56,104 nt of DNA from Octopus bimaculoides (taxonomy: Eukaryota): the NCBI RefSeq assembly GCF_001194135.2, contig NC_068992.1, forward strand, positions 19,330,422-19,386,525, in the 5' to 3' direction. Both the position numbers and the translations under genes were made by a program. Positions 25,594-37,919 of the stretch are shown in pieces. The notes under the pieces were generated by a model that did not search any database, was not told the DNA's origin, and saw only the letters and a list, made by a program, of their open reading frames with translations. Numbering within the stretch: the first letter of the stretch is position 1; every line of letters begins with the position of its first letter.

Positions 25594-26959
25594 AAGAAAA
25601 ATAGATAGGTAGCTATGCATGCGCGTTTGTGTATGTGTGCGTGTCGTGTGCGTGTATGCGATGTATGCACGTATCTATATGTCGGTGGGGTGGAGTAATA
25701 TTTATGTAGAAATAATATTACATGGTAATATTGTCCGCTTGTCATGTGTGCTTTGTTTGATTATGTAGTCATCTATTAGGACCAACATAACTTCCTTTTA
25801 CAAGTAAATGAAGTACACTTAACTTCAAACTTTCACAATCTGTAGTAATTACTAACTAACAAATACAACTTGGTAATTTTCTATAGAATGTTGGCCTTCA
25901 CAGTATTTGGCGACCTTTTATGGCAACTACTCATTTATAATATAGTTTTGCCTGCATAACCGAAGTTTAATATACAATAACCCAAATATGCAATAGTTAA
26001 AGTCCTGAAGCAGCACATCACAGCTCAATCTATAATTCCTTGACATCTATTCTCAGTGAAAGTTAGATATTAGAATAGAAGGAAACGGTCATTTACAATG
26101 CATCAACACAATATGACGATAATGTTATATATTGGTGCTGAGAGGGATAGAGAAGATAATCAATATCAGATGTGCTTAAAGCTTAAAAGACCAATCTTCA
26201 TGCGATTTAGGCTGCATTAAGTATACGAATCACCTAGATTATCGGAATGACAATTGAGGATAGATATGATGCAAGTTCTCATTAATGAAATAGGTTCAAA
26301 TTAAGCCATGTGGGACCTGATCATGTTATAGGTTGAAAGAACGCTGGATTTGAAAGAAGCAGTTGGAAATGAGTTATGTGTTATCTGTTTAGCTATGAGA
26401 ACAGTTAATTGTTATTAACAGACGATCTTTGTTTAAAGCGAGAACAATAAATTGGTCGAGTTTGGATACGGAGCTAAGAGGCGCTACAATTATCATTGAG
26501 AAAGCTCATTAGTGAAGCATAACGTTGGTTGGGAAAATATCACGTTTTGGTCGGTTTGTCAGATGTATTAATGCGTTGGGGAAATAGATGAATGATACGT
26601 ATCACTATTTCCGTTTTCCTTATAAATCGGGGTCTTAAAGCTATAAATGCATTTGTCATTATGTAGTGACTCCCCCGTCCTCACGCTCACCCTTCACTAA
26701 ATACGCTTTCTCTGGAGAGGGGCATCAACAATTTGTTCCAATATATATGTGTGTATGTGCGCGTCTATAAATATATTCAAACACGCACTGACGCAGACAC
26801 ACCACAGATATAAGTGTATATATAATGCATAAAGGCACTTCCACATCTGAGTGGCGAAAGGTTCACTTCTCAGGCACGTTGTTTCAAGTTTAGTCCCATG
26901 CACCATGCATTGGGTGTGTTTTATCTTACCCTTGTGTAACTTTTACTTTTTCACTCATT

Positions 26960-27290
26960 AAATCACGGCCATGATGTGGTACCATATTGAAGAAGTTTTA
27001 GTCCAATGGGTCGTCCCCAGTGATATTTTCATTTTAAGCCTGCTACTTGTTCCATTGGTTAGTTTTGCTGAAACGCTAAGTTACGAGGACGTACACACAC
27101 TAAAACTGATTGTCAAGTAGTTGTGGGGGGTCAAACAGAAACAGAAAGACTAATAAACACAAACATATATTTATGCGCACACGCACACACACGACAGGCC
27201 TCTTTCATTTTCCATATACCAAATCCACTCAAAAGGCCATTGTAGAAGACACTTGCCCAATTGCCCAAGGTGCCACATCTGCGCCTGTGC
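26960..27290 (-). mobile_element. SINE family A, diverged copy
   Basis: TTTTAGTCCAATGGGTCGTCCCCAG..CGCTAAGTTACGAGGACGTACACACAC..TTGTCAAG..GGGGGGTCAAAC..TACCAAATCCACTCA.AAGGC..GTAGAAGACACTTGCCCAA..GGTGCCAC. Confidence 0.65.
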
Positions 27291-29929
27291 ATATATAACG
27301 TATAAAGGTACTGCTATTCTTGAAAGGTAAAATGTTCACTACTTAGACATCCTGTTTCGAATTCCGCCCCATGCACCTCGCATTGGCTGTGGTCTACTAT
27401 AATCGCAGTCTCATCGATACATTGTTACCGAAATGTGGAAAATTGTTGTTTGTGTGTGCGTACCTTTGTCTATGTGACTGTACCCCTGGTGTTTGAAAAC
27501 CAGGGTAATTTTTTAAGCCCTTATAACATAATGGTTCACGTAAAACAAAGTGGTAGAATGAGTTCCAGGTTTTAAAATGTACTGATGCCAATTTTCCCCA
27601 TAAAAATCTTCGAGGTGGTTCCCCAGAAAGGCAGTAGTTCAATGAAGGAAACAAATAAATTAATAAAATTATTAAGGAACATATAAACGTATGTGAGTTG
27701 CTATGTTTGAATAATGTGCTTGTTCTTTTAGGTCTATGTTAGTAATTTCTATAATGTGGCAGTCTTTTTTTCTGTTACTTAAATAAGGATGCAGTTACTT
27801 AGATAGGGATGGAGACTGTAGAGGCACGACAAACGGGCCATGTTGAAGGACGGTGTCACCTGATTGAGGAAAAACAGAAGAGAGAACAGAATGTGAGTCG
27901 TACACTTGACATTTTACCTGGAATGGTTAGAAGACAGTTTTATGCAGGTGCGTGTCAATAAAGTGTTATCGTCTGGAAACGGCGACGCTCACCCATATGT
28001 AAACGTTTCCAAACGTTATGGTAAGGCATCTAACTTATTTCCAGTATAAAGCAGCTCGGTGGTGTCAAAATCCTATTTAAAAGTGAGGCACTGTCACCAA
28101 CTGTTAGTCACCTCACAGTGTGTAGAGTTCACTCTTCTCTAAATAAATCTAGGAAAAAAGCAGAGAAATTTAGAGAGGATCGGAATCGGAAACATGTGAT
28201 GATGTTTGTAATATCACAGTGACTTTGAGCTTGTTGTTTTATTTATTTTACCCTAATGCCAGTTCCTTCATTTGATCTGCACACTACGTGCTTTGCGAGT
28301 TAAACATTTTTGAATGGTGTAGTTATTTTCAGTGTTCGCAGAAAGTGTGGTTGTTTCATATTATTGTGTGGTCATTGTAAATAGTATTTTGGTGAGTACA
28401 AGTGTGATGATTGTAGATCATCAATAATCACCATTAATCCCATGACGATAGTGACAGCGAATGTTGTCTTAGATGCTGTGACGGACGGTATAGTATCTAG
28501 TAATGATTGTGAAGTCTCTGCAATGTAAAGTTTATATGAATAGATGATGTGGAACGTGCATTTTGTGCAGATGGGGTAAGCACACGCGATATGATATGCA
28601 ATTGAATGTAACTTGCATAGAATTTGGATTTCTGCTTTGCAGGCCTTTTTATATTGTATTTAAAGCTGTGAGCTATGACACGATTTCTATGATTGTGTAA
28701 ATGCAAGCATTTTTATCATATTTACTGCCATGAAATTGATAGCGTTTTAAACTTTATTTCCTGACATGCTGCTTATATGTATTCCAAGATACAATGGGAG
28801 ATTTGTATATTGTTTTCTTCTTTATTTATTCCGCGAGATATTTCGGTTTTTGCTCAGGTAAACATAAAGGTGACGTTTATCAGATTAGATAGATCCGCGT
28901 TCTAGTCTTTGATCATTATATCTGGATGATTAGTTTCGATCTTCTTGTCCGTCTGGAGAGCCATAGCTCAGATTATCCTTACCATTTTGCAGTTTTTAAA
29001 GGTCAATATATGTTTACACAACTCCTGAATTTTCACGTTGAAACGTCGGAATGTTTCCTTATAGAAACAGCTGCCAGTTCGATCGCATGTACGTGTTAAC
29101 TGTGATAATACAAAATGTGGGAAGTAGACATTAAGTGGTTAATTGTTTATTTGAGCTAATTATATAGCCTGCAATTGATATTATATTCTCATCCCATGAT
29201 ACTGTCTTCGTAGCTTTTCAAGCTGAACATTGGTACTGTGAGGCTAATACTAGACATTCTATTTCAGTTTTTAATCTAAAACATTTGAGAAATTGTTGTT
29301 TACACACGTTTGAGAAATTGGTGTTTAAGCACACATACGCTCACACATTCACTCACAAACATACATACTCTCTCCATTTCTTTCTTCTTATCACACTCTC
29401 CCTCTCTCACTTGGTTTCAATGGAAGTTATTAGCTATAAAGTGTTTTTCTCTTCATTTTATTTCTTTACTATATCCGAACATTTGACTTAAAATTTTATG
29501 TTTTGTTTTTATAACCGTTGCTATTGTCCCCTTTACTAATTATTTAAGCTTGTGTGGTTAACTANNNNNNNNNNNNNNNNNNNNNNNNNNNNNNNNNNNN
29601 NNNNNNNNNNNNNNNNNNNNNNNTATATATATATATATATATATATGCATGTATGTGAGAGCGCGCGCGCGCGCGTGTGTGTTTGCGAGCGAATGGAGAA
29701 ACGTGCCTTTTTATGTTTTTGCCATGCTTCCCAATAATCTAATGAGTCTCACTTTATATGTTTCGAAGCATCTCGTCCCACAATACATAATTTACAATAG
29801 CTCTCAATCTATATCAAGAAGTGTCCCCATCAGTGTTCGGTGGGTTAACCTTACTTATAACGGGCTGACAATATCGAACGGTTCACATGCTGCAAAAAGC
29901 GTATTGGCATTTCTTTCGAGTTTACATTA

Positions 29930-30070
29930 TCGATATCAGATTCCAAAGAGCTTAACTTTGACTTGCATTATCTGAAGTCGATAAAATAATTAGCAGTTGA
30001 CCACTGGTGCCCATTTAAACGGCTACTCCTCTTCCATAAAATTATAGGTCTTGTGTGATACAAGAAAGCA
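29930..30070 (+). mobile_element. SINE family B fragment
   Basis: AACTTTGACTTGCAT..GAAGTCGATAAAATAATTAGCAGTTGACCACTGG resembles the family B body. Confidence 0.5.
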
Positions 30071-30381
30071 TTATCGTAAAACTGCGATTTGTAACTTGGC
30101 TCCGAGTGTATCTCTGACTATTAATTTCTCTTATTCACAATCGTTTCTAACACTGGATCTACTCCGATTGTAAAATTCTTGGTGAATATATACAGACTAC
30201 TTCTCTGCATTTCTCTGTTTTAGCAGTTTCATTTGTATGAAAGGTCGTACTTCTATTGTAAAATATTATTTTGATCTAATTTAAAATGATCAGCTTTAAT
30301 CAATTTACACATATTCCATGAACGTTTATCTCGTTTTGCTACCACATTCTCAATTTCATATCATCGCTGAATTCAGTAACA

Positions 30382-30421
<40 letters not shown>

Positions 30422-30508
30422 TATCCGCTTCCTCTTCTCTCTCTCTCTCTCTTTTAGTAATATCCACATTTAGTGGACGCAGCTCCGTCACCCCGAACAT
30501 CTGATTAG

Positions 30509-30637
30509 ATGCTGAAGAAAGGATCTCAGATGTGACTCTTGAAGCCGACTCAACGGTAGGAAGCCCACGAGCGAACCAGACACAAGATGGTTGGAAAATA
30601 TTCACGCTTGGTAATCCAGCGGGAAACTGTAATAACG
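30509..30637 (+). CDS. candidate phase 1-1 exon (D-AEERISDVTLEADSTVGSPRANQTQDGWKIFTLGNPAGNCNN-G)
   Basis: 42 open codons with G-rich first and AT-rich third positions; donor AACG|gttagt; followed by a 63-nt intron-like segment with a CTAAT branch motif and ccctttcag|. The antisense frame is also open, so strand is inferred from codon bias. Confidence 0.4.
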
Positions 30638-30700
30638 GTTAGTTCTGATAGGATCATGTGCATGAGGTGCCTAATGACTCTACTCTCATGACCCTTTCAG

Positions 30701-30732
30701 GGACAGGAGACGGGGAAGGTAGATGGGTGTAA
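30701..30732 (+). CDS. candidate following exon (G-TGDGEGRWV-stop, or ending at GAAG|gtagat)
   Basis: Phase 1 acceptor matches the upstream donor. Confidence 0.3.
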
Positions 30733-31399
30733 TATCAACAGCTGAACTTTGACCATTACCTGCCATTTTAAGTGATCCACGTAAAGAGCGAGGTAATAAA
30801 TGTCTATAGTACATAAAAGCCTTGTTTCTTATATGCTTAAATCAACGAAAGAGAAACGCAGATGGAGGGGATCAATAATCATTCCAGTCACGAATAGTCT
30901 TTTTTAGAATTTCGAACGACAACATTCTTTAGTCTGTCTTTCTCACATTTAAAACAGTATTTGTTTACAACGAGAAAATACAGTTTGGTAAAGGGTTTCA
31001 AAATGCCTCATGCATATTTGAACTGGTGCCAGTTTTGTATTTATTCACATTGCTGCTTCACGGTAACATACCGTGTATCTCTAAAATGAATCCCCGAAAA
31101 TTTAAAGCAAATGGAGAATCGTTTATATATATAATAAAAAGCCCTCGTCGAATTCGAAAGTATATCGACATTCACTCATCTTGTTCTATTTATTCTATTT
31201 ATCAAAGAAAGCAACTATTTCTGGCGAATGTTCCAGCCTAAACCGTTTTAATTTATTCTCATATTCATGGCAGAACAAAAATTATTCAAATTTTGAACTA
31301 TATGTAACCGCTAATTACCGAAGCAAACCATTACTAGTTTCCTCGGAACCTATTTTTTAGTGCAAGGATACTTAGCATAGCATTGTGTCATTGTGGCCA

Positions 31400-31545
31400 C
31401 TGGTTCATCGACTCTGTTGTTATAGATGTTGTTGCTGTTGTTCCTACTGCCACTGGTGTTTTTGTTGTTGTTGTTGTTGTTCCTACAGTTGTTGTGGTTG
31501 CTGATTTTGCTGTTGCTGTTTTTGCAGTTGTTGTTGTTTTCCAAA
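31400..31545. repeat. degenerate (GTT/GCT)n triplet tract; Thr-rich open frame on minus strand
   Basis: Frame-preserving degenerate triplets; minus ORF 31388-31609 reads KTTTTAKTATAKSATTTTVGTTTTTTKTPVAVGTTATTSITTES. Confidence 0.6.
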
Positions 31546-32266
31546 CCTCAGTTATCACTGATCTAAGATGAAACAGTCCTTTGATCAAAGGAATTCTAGC
31601 CCTGAACATCCTGTGATTTCATATATCAAGGACGGCATTATACAAATATATGCTTCCTGCAGCTTTAGTTAAGGGAATGACATTTCAAGGGGATTTGGTT
31701 TCAGGGCCTAAGTAGGTCAAGGGACCACAGAAATGGAAAAGCTACACACTCAATTTGATTTACTAGAAATGAGATATATATTCGATATAAAACTGACAGA
31801 ATTTCGATTCACTTTACGTTCGTAATGCAATTTCAAAAGCGCTAAATTGTGTGGCAATTTGATATCTTAGAAAGACAAGGGCGAGAATAAAAAAAAAATA
31901 ACATGGATAACTTGACAATCATAGATTTACCAAAATATGATATACAGTAGTAAGGCCATTTTGGCTCAGATTCACACACAACACACAGAGGCACGTACAC
32001 ACACAACACACATACACACACACCACACATACACACACATACACATACACACACGCATACGCACACGCACGCACACACACACAGACACACGCACACACAC
32101 ACACACGCACGCACACACACGCACGCACACAAAACGTATACTGGTATTAAACGTAACATTGTATCGTCAACATCAGCTCATAGCCGCTGTCATTATTAAT
32201 GCTATTGTTATTGCTGCTGTTGTTTTTGCGCATTTACGTGCATATGTGTGTATATGTGCGTGCGTG

Positions 32267-32302
<36 letters not shown>

Positions 32303-32649
32303 TGTATGGACCAGCGGATGTTAACATCAAGCTGATGGTCAGTGAAAAGGGAATAGCTACGTTCAGTTACGGACTGTAGATTTCTATCCAGTTTACAAGT
32401 CTAGGTTTATACCTGTAATTATTGGGTCCCTGGGATATGTATCACACTGCCTAAATACCAATTGTGAAAAATTAGGCTTCTCAAAACCAGAAAGGAAAAA
32501 GCTAATTCGAAGACTACAGATTCAATCATCCACCACAGGAACTTAAAAAGCTGTAAAACTTTGCTACAGAATGTGTATCGTATTTGACTTTAATTTGATA
32601 TTTTAAAAAGTTTGCGTTGTGCTTACTTACAGAATATTGCAACGTTTCA

Positions 32650-33181
32650 AAAGTCTGTGAGGAACACATTGATCCAATTTGCTGACTTTTATGATGGCAC
32701 GCATTTGTCGATGAATAGTTGAATGACCAAATCCAAGCTTCTCTGCTAGTTCCTCAACAGTTACGATGGGATTTTGTTCCACCAGGTTTTCCAGGGTATC
32801 CTCATTGAGTTCTACAGATCTTACAGGACGAGACTCGTCTTCTAGGCTGTAGTTTCCGGATCGGAAACTGGCTTACTCTTATTATCCGATCCCCATATAT
32901 TGCATTAATATTCCTCGCACATTCTGTTGCGCTGTTGCCTTTATTGAACTCATAAAGCAAAATATGCTGAATATGCTCCTTTGTTACTTCCATTATAGCT
33001 TTGAAAAAAATAACTGTTAAAATCGAACTACACTCTTGAAAATTTGCACTAAGAATAAGGACAAGGTAAAATTACTGCCTGTATTTATAGAAAGTTGATG
33101 TAGGTAGTTTATCCTGTCCCTCTACGACTTTTACTTCATGCATCTATAAACAAAACTCATTATTTATGGGATAACCCAATA
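32650..33181 (-). mobile_element. mariner transposon 5' relic: TIR plus HTH DNA-binding region of transposase
   Basis: TIR TATTGGGTTATCCCATAAATAATGAGTT at the 33181 end beside TA. ATG at 32993: MEVTKEHIQHILLYEFNKGNSATECARNINAIYGDRIIRVSQ, a frameshifting deletion, then FRSGNYSLEDESRPVRSVELNEDTLENLVEQNPIVTVEELAEKLGFGHSTIHRQMRAIIKVSKLDQCVPHRL (WVPHEL equivalent). Catalytic domain absent. Confidence 0.9.
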
Positions 33182-33769
33182 TATATATATACACATATAT
33201 ATTCATATATATCCATATATATATATATATTTACAACATGATACATATTTGTGTGTGTATGTGTGTGTGTGTGCATGTGTGTGTGTGTCTTTGTGTGAAC
33301 TGTAAATATATCATTCGGTGATAACGTGTATATATATATGAATAAGAATAAGAATGAGAGAATAAGATTATAATGGATTACGTAGTTATGTGCTGTTTAG
33401 AAGCATGTTTAATTAAGTCGTCTGGCAAACCGTGATTGCCGGAAATAAGAAACGCTTTCTGTGCAAGTTCGCCACACTTTCTTAATCCAATTAAAAATAT
33501 TTAAGACTAATCAAGTAAATAGAATTTCACGTAAAAGTCTGCTTTGTATTGAATAGATTTGCTGAAAATCAATTTGCATTTAGAGCAGAAAATATAAAAT
33601 ATTTGAAATAAAATAACTAATGAATCAAATCATACGGCAAATCGACAATTTAAGACAGATTCTATTTATATCTATTGTTTTCCTATTCTTCTTTTTTTCT
33701 TTCTTTGAAAATACGGCAACGTCAGTGCGCATTAATTAAAATATCTTTTTCTTCATATTTTTCCTAATA

Positions 33770-33770
33770 C

Positions 33771-33827
<57 letters not shown>

Positions 33828-33879
33828 CAGTAGTAGTAATAACAATAACGATGATGATGATGATGGTGGTAATACTATC

Positions 33880-33913
<34 letters not shown>

Positions 33914-33915
33914 GC
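33770..33915. repeat. (AGT)n-(GAT)n-(AAT)n compound microsatellite
   Basis: Direct triplet tracts. Confidence 0.9.
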
Positions 33916-34037
33916 AATGATTATAACGATGAAATAATAATAAAAATACTTTCTATTTTAAAACCATAGCAATCCAATTAGTTATACACACACACATACA
34001 TGTATGGATGCATATACATACATATGTAAATTATACA

Positions 34038-34098
<61 letters not shown>

Positions 34099-34529
34099 GC
34101 GTACGTGTGTGTATGTCTGTAACTGTGTCTGCATGTCTCTGTGTGTATATTATGTGTCTAAAGTGGGTAAACATAAATGAAAATAAGATTTTTAAAGCCT
34201 TTATTATAAGAATATATTTTAAATATTTTTTTCTGCTTTTTTTCTTTTGTTACGTGCGTCGGAACTTGAAAAATTATTATCGCTGAAACAATATTTAGAA
34301 ACATAAATGGGATTAAATTGTCCCAGAAAAGAATCAAGAGAAGGTCGCAGACTAGATTGTCAGACATTAATCTTCTGTTGGAGTATAACTTCTAAATAAC
34401 TAATCCGAACATGAAATAAACTGTCATTAATATGACGTTATGTAAACAGAAATATAAATAGTTTCAGGTAATTTGAAACTACATATATTTATATGACTAT
34501 GGACAATCTATTATCATCATGAAATGTTA

Positions 34530-34720
34530 ATTTTGGTTTCAAATTTTAGCACAATGACAGCAAGTTCGGCGGGAGGTCTAAGTCTATTAGACCGACTCCA
34601 GTATTTAAATGTTACTTAGTTATCGATTCCGAGGGCTGAAAGACAAAGTAGACGTTGGCGAATTTGAACTCGGTACGTAAACACGGCCCTTGATAAGTTC
34701 CAGCCTTGATAAAGAGGGAT
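34530..34720 (-). mobile_element. SINE family B, diverged copy
   Basis: TTAATTTTGGTTTCAAATTTTAGCACAA..TATCGATTCCGAGGGCTGAAAGACAAAGTAGACGTTGGCGAATTTGAACTC (reverse-complemented B-box GAGTTCAAATTC). Confidence 0.6.
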
Positions 34721-35514
34721 GAAACAACATCTAAAAAATATAATATAGACGGTAGAGTATTTTTTCCAAACATACGTTTTTTTTTGGCGAAACACAGATC
34801 CCGGAATTTTATACGCCTAGATATTAACCAAGTCTTCATCGAAGCTGTTTAGTTCAGAGCATTCAGCCTTCAGGCGAAATTTTCCAGAATATTTATTTCC
34901 AAGGAAGATTTGGCCTGGCAACTATAAGATGACAGTGTGATATCCGCAATATGAGCTAAAAAATATGTTTATCAATAGATAGCAGCTACATCAAAATTAC
35001 AATCTAGTATGTAAGGTTGAATTTTACTATGCGCTAGGTTACCGATGTTATTTACGAACCACAGAGAAGATCGTGGAAAGTGTGACTGGATTATAAATAT
35101 TTCAATCTATGTTAGCACTTTCTAAGAGCGACGACAAGTACTTTGTTTTGTTGTATTTAGATAAGAGCCATCATGGTCAGAGTTCAAAATTTGCCATGGA
35201 GAACTTGTTTTAAGAAAATATTATTGTGTTGTATATGAAAATAAAGCCTACCAATCGAGTACTTGGACACTTTTAATAGACAATGTATCAAGCTTCTCTG
35301 TGTTTGAGAACATATGACTAATTATTAATATACAATACAAATCAGTCATATCTTCCTCGAAGTTGTATATAGATTTGAAATACTTATCAAAAGATACAGT
35401 CGTTCAATCGGAAATCAATAGCTTTCTCTGAGTTCTTGACAATGAATATTTCAAGAGGCTAAGTGAGTATAAAAAGAAACCGCGATAGTCTTATCTGTTA
35501 AAATAGTATAAGAT

Positions 35515-35646
35515 GGTTCTCAACATTCTATATACCTGAACGGTTCTCAAAATTCTATATACCTGAACGGTTCTCAAAATTCTATATACCTGAACGGTTC
35601 TCAAAATGCTATATACCTGAACGGTTCTCAAAATTATTTACCTGAA
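35515..35646. repeat. 27-bp minisatellite, about 4.8 copies
   Basis: Unit GGTTCTCAAAATTCTATATACCTGAAC at 35515, 35542, 35569, 35596 and partial 35623; head-to-tail with no spacers. Confidence 0.95.
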
Positions 35647-36544
35647 ATTTCATGGATTGGAAATATTGAAATGTTTATATTTCATGCATTTTGAATGTGC
35701 TATAATATTTTCAATGGGTTAAAATAACTACCATTTGATACAAAGCGTTGTTGACCGGAAGTTTCTTACTACAGCGTTTAACATTGCTGGAAATTTATTA
35801 TAATGTGAATGAGACATTTTAGATTTGTTATTTGATAAATTGTTCTATATATATGTGAAACGTCTTCGTATGATTTATCAGTTTTTCTCTTTTTTTAATT
35901 TGAATTAGCAAAGTGACGAAAGAACTTTCTGATGGATTTTCCAGTTTCTATAAGCGAAACATTTCAGCTTACTGAGAACAAGTGGCATTTTCAATTCCCA
36001 GATACTGAAATGCTTAGGAGAGATCGCAAAAGATAAATGGCCGAGAGAAATCTTCTTGGGATTACAACCAATCAATTTTCGATTTTCTTTTAACTATTAT
36101 TGATATAATAGGAACGTTCTAGATTCGAATTCTCTCTCCAAACGAATCTCGCTAATGACTGTTTCATTTTGCTTATGTCAATGATTATATAAAACGACAG
36201 AAGGTTAATCATAATTCTAACAGCTTACACGTCTTCCGATTCAGCTCTAGTTGAAGATCAGAAGTTCAATGTACTTTGCCACACGAGGTAGGAGACAGAG
36301 AAGCATGCCATTTAAATTATATTCATAAGCCTATGCTGATTTTTTTTTTTTTTACCTTGACGAAACTCGAATATACCGTATTTGAGGTAAGTAAATAAAT
36401 CGAAAAAGCTTCAGTGCTTCAGTTTGGTAGTAAAGTAAAAAAAAAAACTCGTGCTTTGGAAGTTTCGAGAGTTTGTTTTCATTAACGACATTTTCACACA
36501 ATTCAGAGAGGAAAGTAAACGGCATTATCTTAGGAAGCTTCATG

Positions 36545-36745
36545 GTGTTGTGCCACCAGAATCCATAATGCGCCAGACAAAGTGTCTAATGATATCTTTT
36601 CTGGCTCTTTACTTTCTGAGTTCAAATACTGCTGAGGTCAACTTTGCTTTTCATCCTTTAAATGTCCTTAAAATAATTACAAGTTAATCAGTGGAGTAAT
36701 CGATTTACTTCCTTACCTTAAAATTTCTGGCCAAAATTTGAACGA
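36545..36745 (+). mobile_element. SINE family B copy
   Basis: CTGAGTTCAAATACTGCTGAGGTCAACTTTGCTTTTCATCCTTT..TAATCGATTTACTTCC; ends where the MITE begins. Confidence 0.7.
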
Positions 36746-36747
36746 AT

Positions 36748-37093
36748 TACGAAGGGGTGCTGAAAATTTCCTGGCTTTGAATAAAAGAAAATACAGGAGG
36801 GTCAGTTAATTATCATTTTATTCAACATATTTCGCACTCAGATTCACCCGCTTACTGCAGCAGTCTTCCAGTTTTCCTAAGCTCTGTAAAACAGTTCTAT
36901 ATTTAAGAGATGAGGAATTATGTACATTATTTACATTCGACGGATATTTGTCCTCATCTTGTTTGTTGTTATCACAACGTTTCGGCTGATACACCCTCCG
37001 GCCTTCTACAGGTGTTTTGGGGAAATTTCGAACCTGGGTTCTCATTCCTAAGGTATTCTTCGATGGTATTATGATTATTATTATTATTATTAA

Positions 37094-37153
<60 letters not shown>

Positions 37154-37367
37154 CATAATAACAACTTCGAAGAATACCTTAAAAAGGAGAACCCAGGTTC
37201 GAAATTTCCACAAGACACCTGAAGAAGATGAGGACAAATATCCGTCGAATGTAAATAATGTAAATAATGTAAATAATGTGCTCTCTAAAACAACTCTTAA
37301 TTTTGGGAGTCCAACCAGGCCTTTCGCGACACCCTGAAAGCCAGGAAGTTTTCAGCGTGCTCTCTTA
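36748..37367. mobile_element. Tc1/mariner-type MITE split by a nested insertion
   Basis: Left TIR TACGAAGGGGTGCTGAAAATTTCCTGGCTTT (36748-36778) and right TIR 37337-37367 match at 24 of 31 positions as inverted repeats; TA termini; no coding capacity; second 5' copy at 49542. Confidence 0.8.
36894..37279. mobile_element. tail-out inverted pair of family C repeat around (ATT)n, with 13-bp target duplication
   Basis: Left arm 36894-37070 and right arm 37165-37279 are reverse complements (ACATTCGACGGATATTTGTCCTCATCTT; GGAAATTTCGAACCTGGGTTCTC..AAGGTATTCTTCGA). Flanks are GCTCTGTAAAACA (36881-36893) and GCTCTCTAAAACA (37280-37292). Confidence 0.85.
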
Positions 37368-37875
37368 TATTAGGAAACGTTCAACAAACAACATTTCCAA
37401 TCAGACTAAAACTAATTTATTCAATTTACTTTATTAACATAAAAGAAAACGGCAATAAATTTCTCAACATTCATTACGTCTGCGTCTATGAATATTGAAA
37501 GTTCAATGTTGTCAAAATAGAGTGGTTTCTTTACTTTAGAGACAAAACAGAAAATTTAATGTGGAAGTCTGCTTTCCGAGGCAATATCACTATACGTTAT
37601 GTAAATTATGTGATATTGCATTTAAATGCGTGAGAATCTAAGTGGTGAAATGGTTCACTTGCTTGAACATCAGGTCGGATCGCTTCTAATATTTATATTT
37701 CAAACCCTGTGAAGATCAACTATGCTCTACAACTTTTCTTCTTGTGAAATGAAATAACAGTCTACGATGCTGTACTTACAGAATAGTGAGAGCGATGGAC
37801 GATATACCTTGACAATTTTGTTGTATTTTGAGTATCAGACTTAATACTTCATCCCGTTTAACACATCCATCTTAC

Positions 37876-37919
37876 CCTTTAGCGTTGTCCATTCAATGAA
37901 AGCATGAGTTATATATGTT
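37876..37919 (-). CDS. candidate 44-nt exon (TYITHAFIEWTTLK-G)
   Basis: aataatttcag| acceptor and strong AAGG|gtaaga donor; one open frame (phase 2-1). Confidence 0.3.

Noticed and set aside
28544-28667. Two micro-exons around a 67-nt intron-like segment
   Set aside because: The joined frames give either an immediate stop or a 19-aa unrecognisable peptide; too little to support.
35515-35646. CRISPR-like periodic repeat
   Set aside because: Units are contiguous with no unique spacers; eukaryotic context; no cas genes.
37774-37836. DGRYTLTI, an Ig-like motif after acttacag|
   Set aside because: Only about 20 codons, then a stop; no Cys/Trp or DxGxY context.
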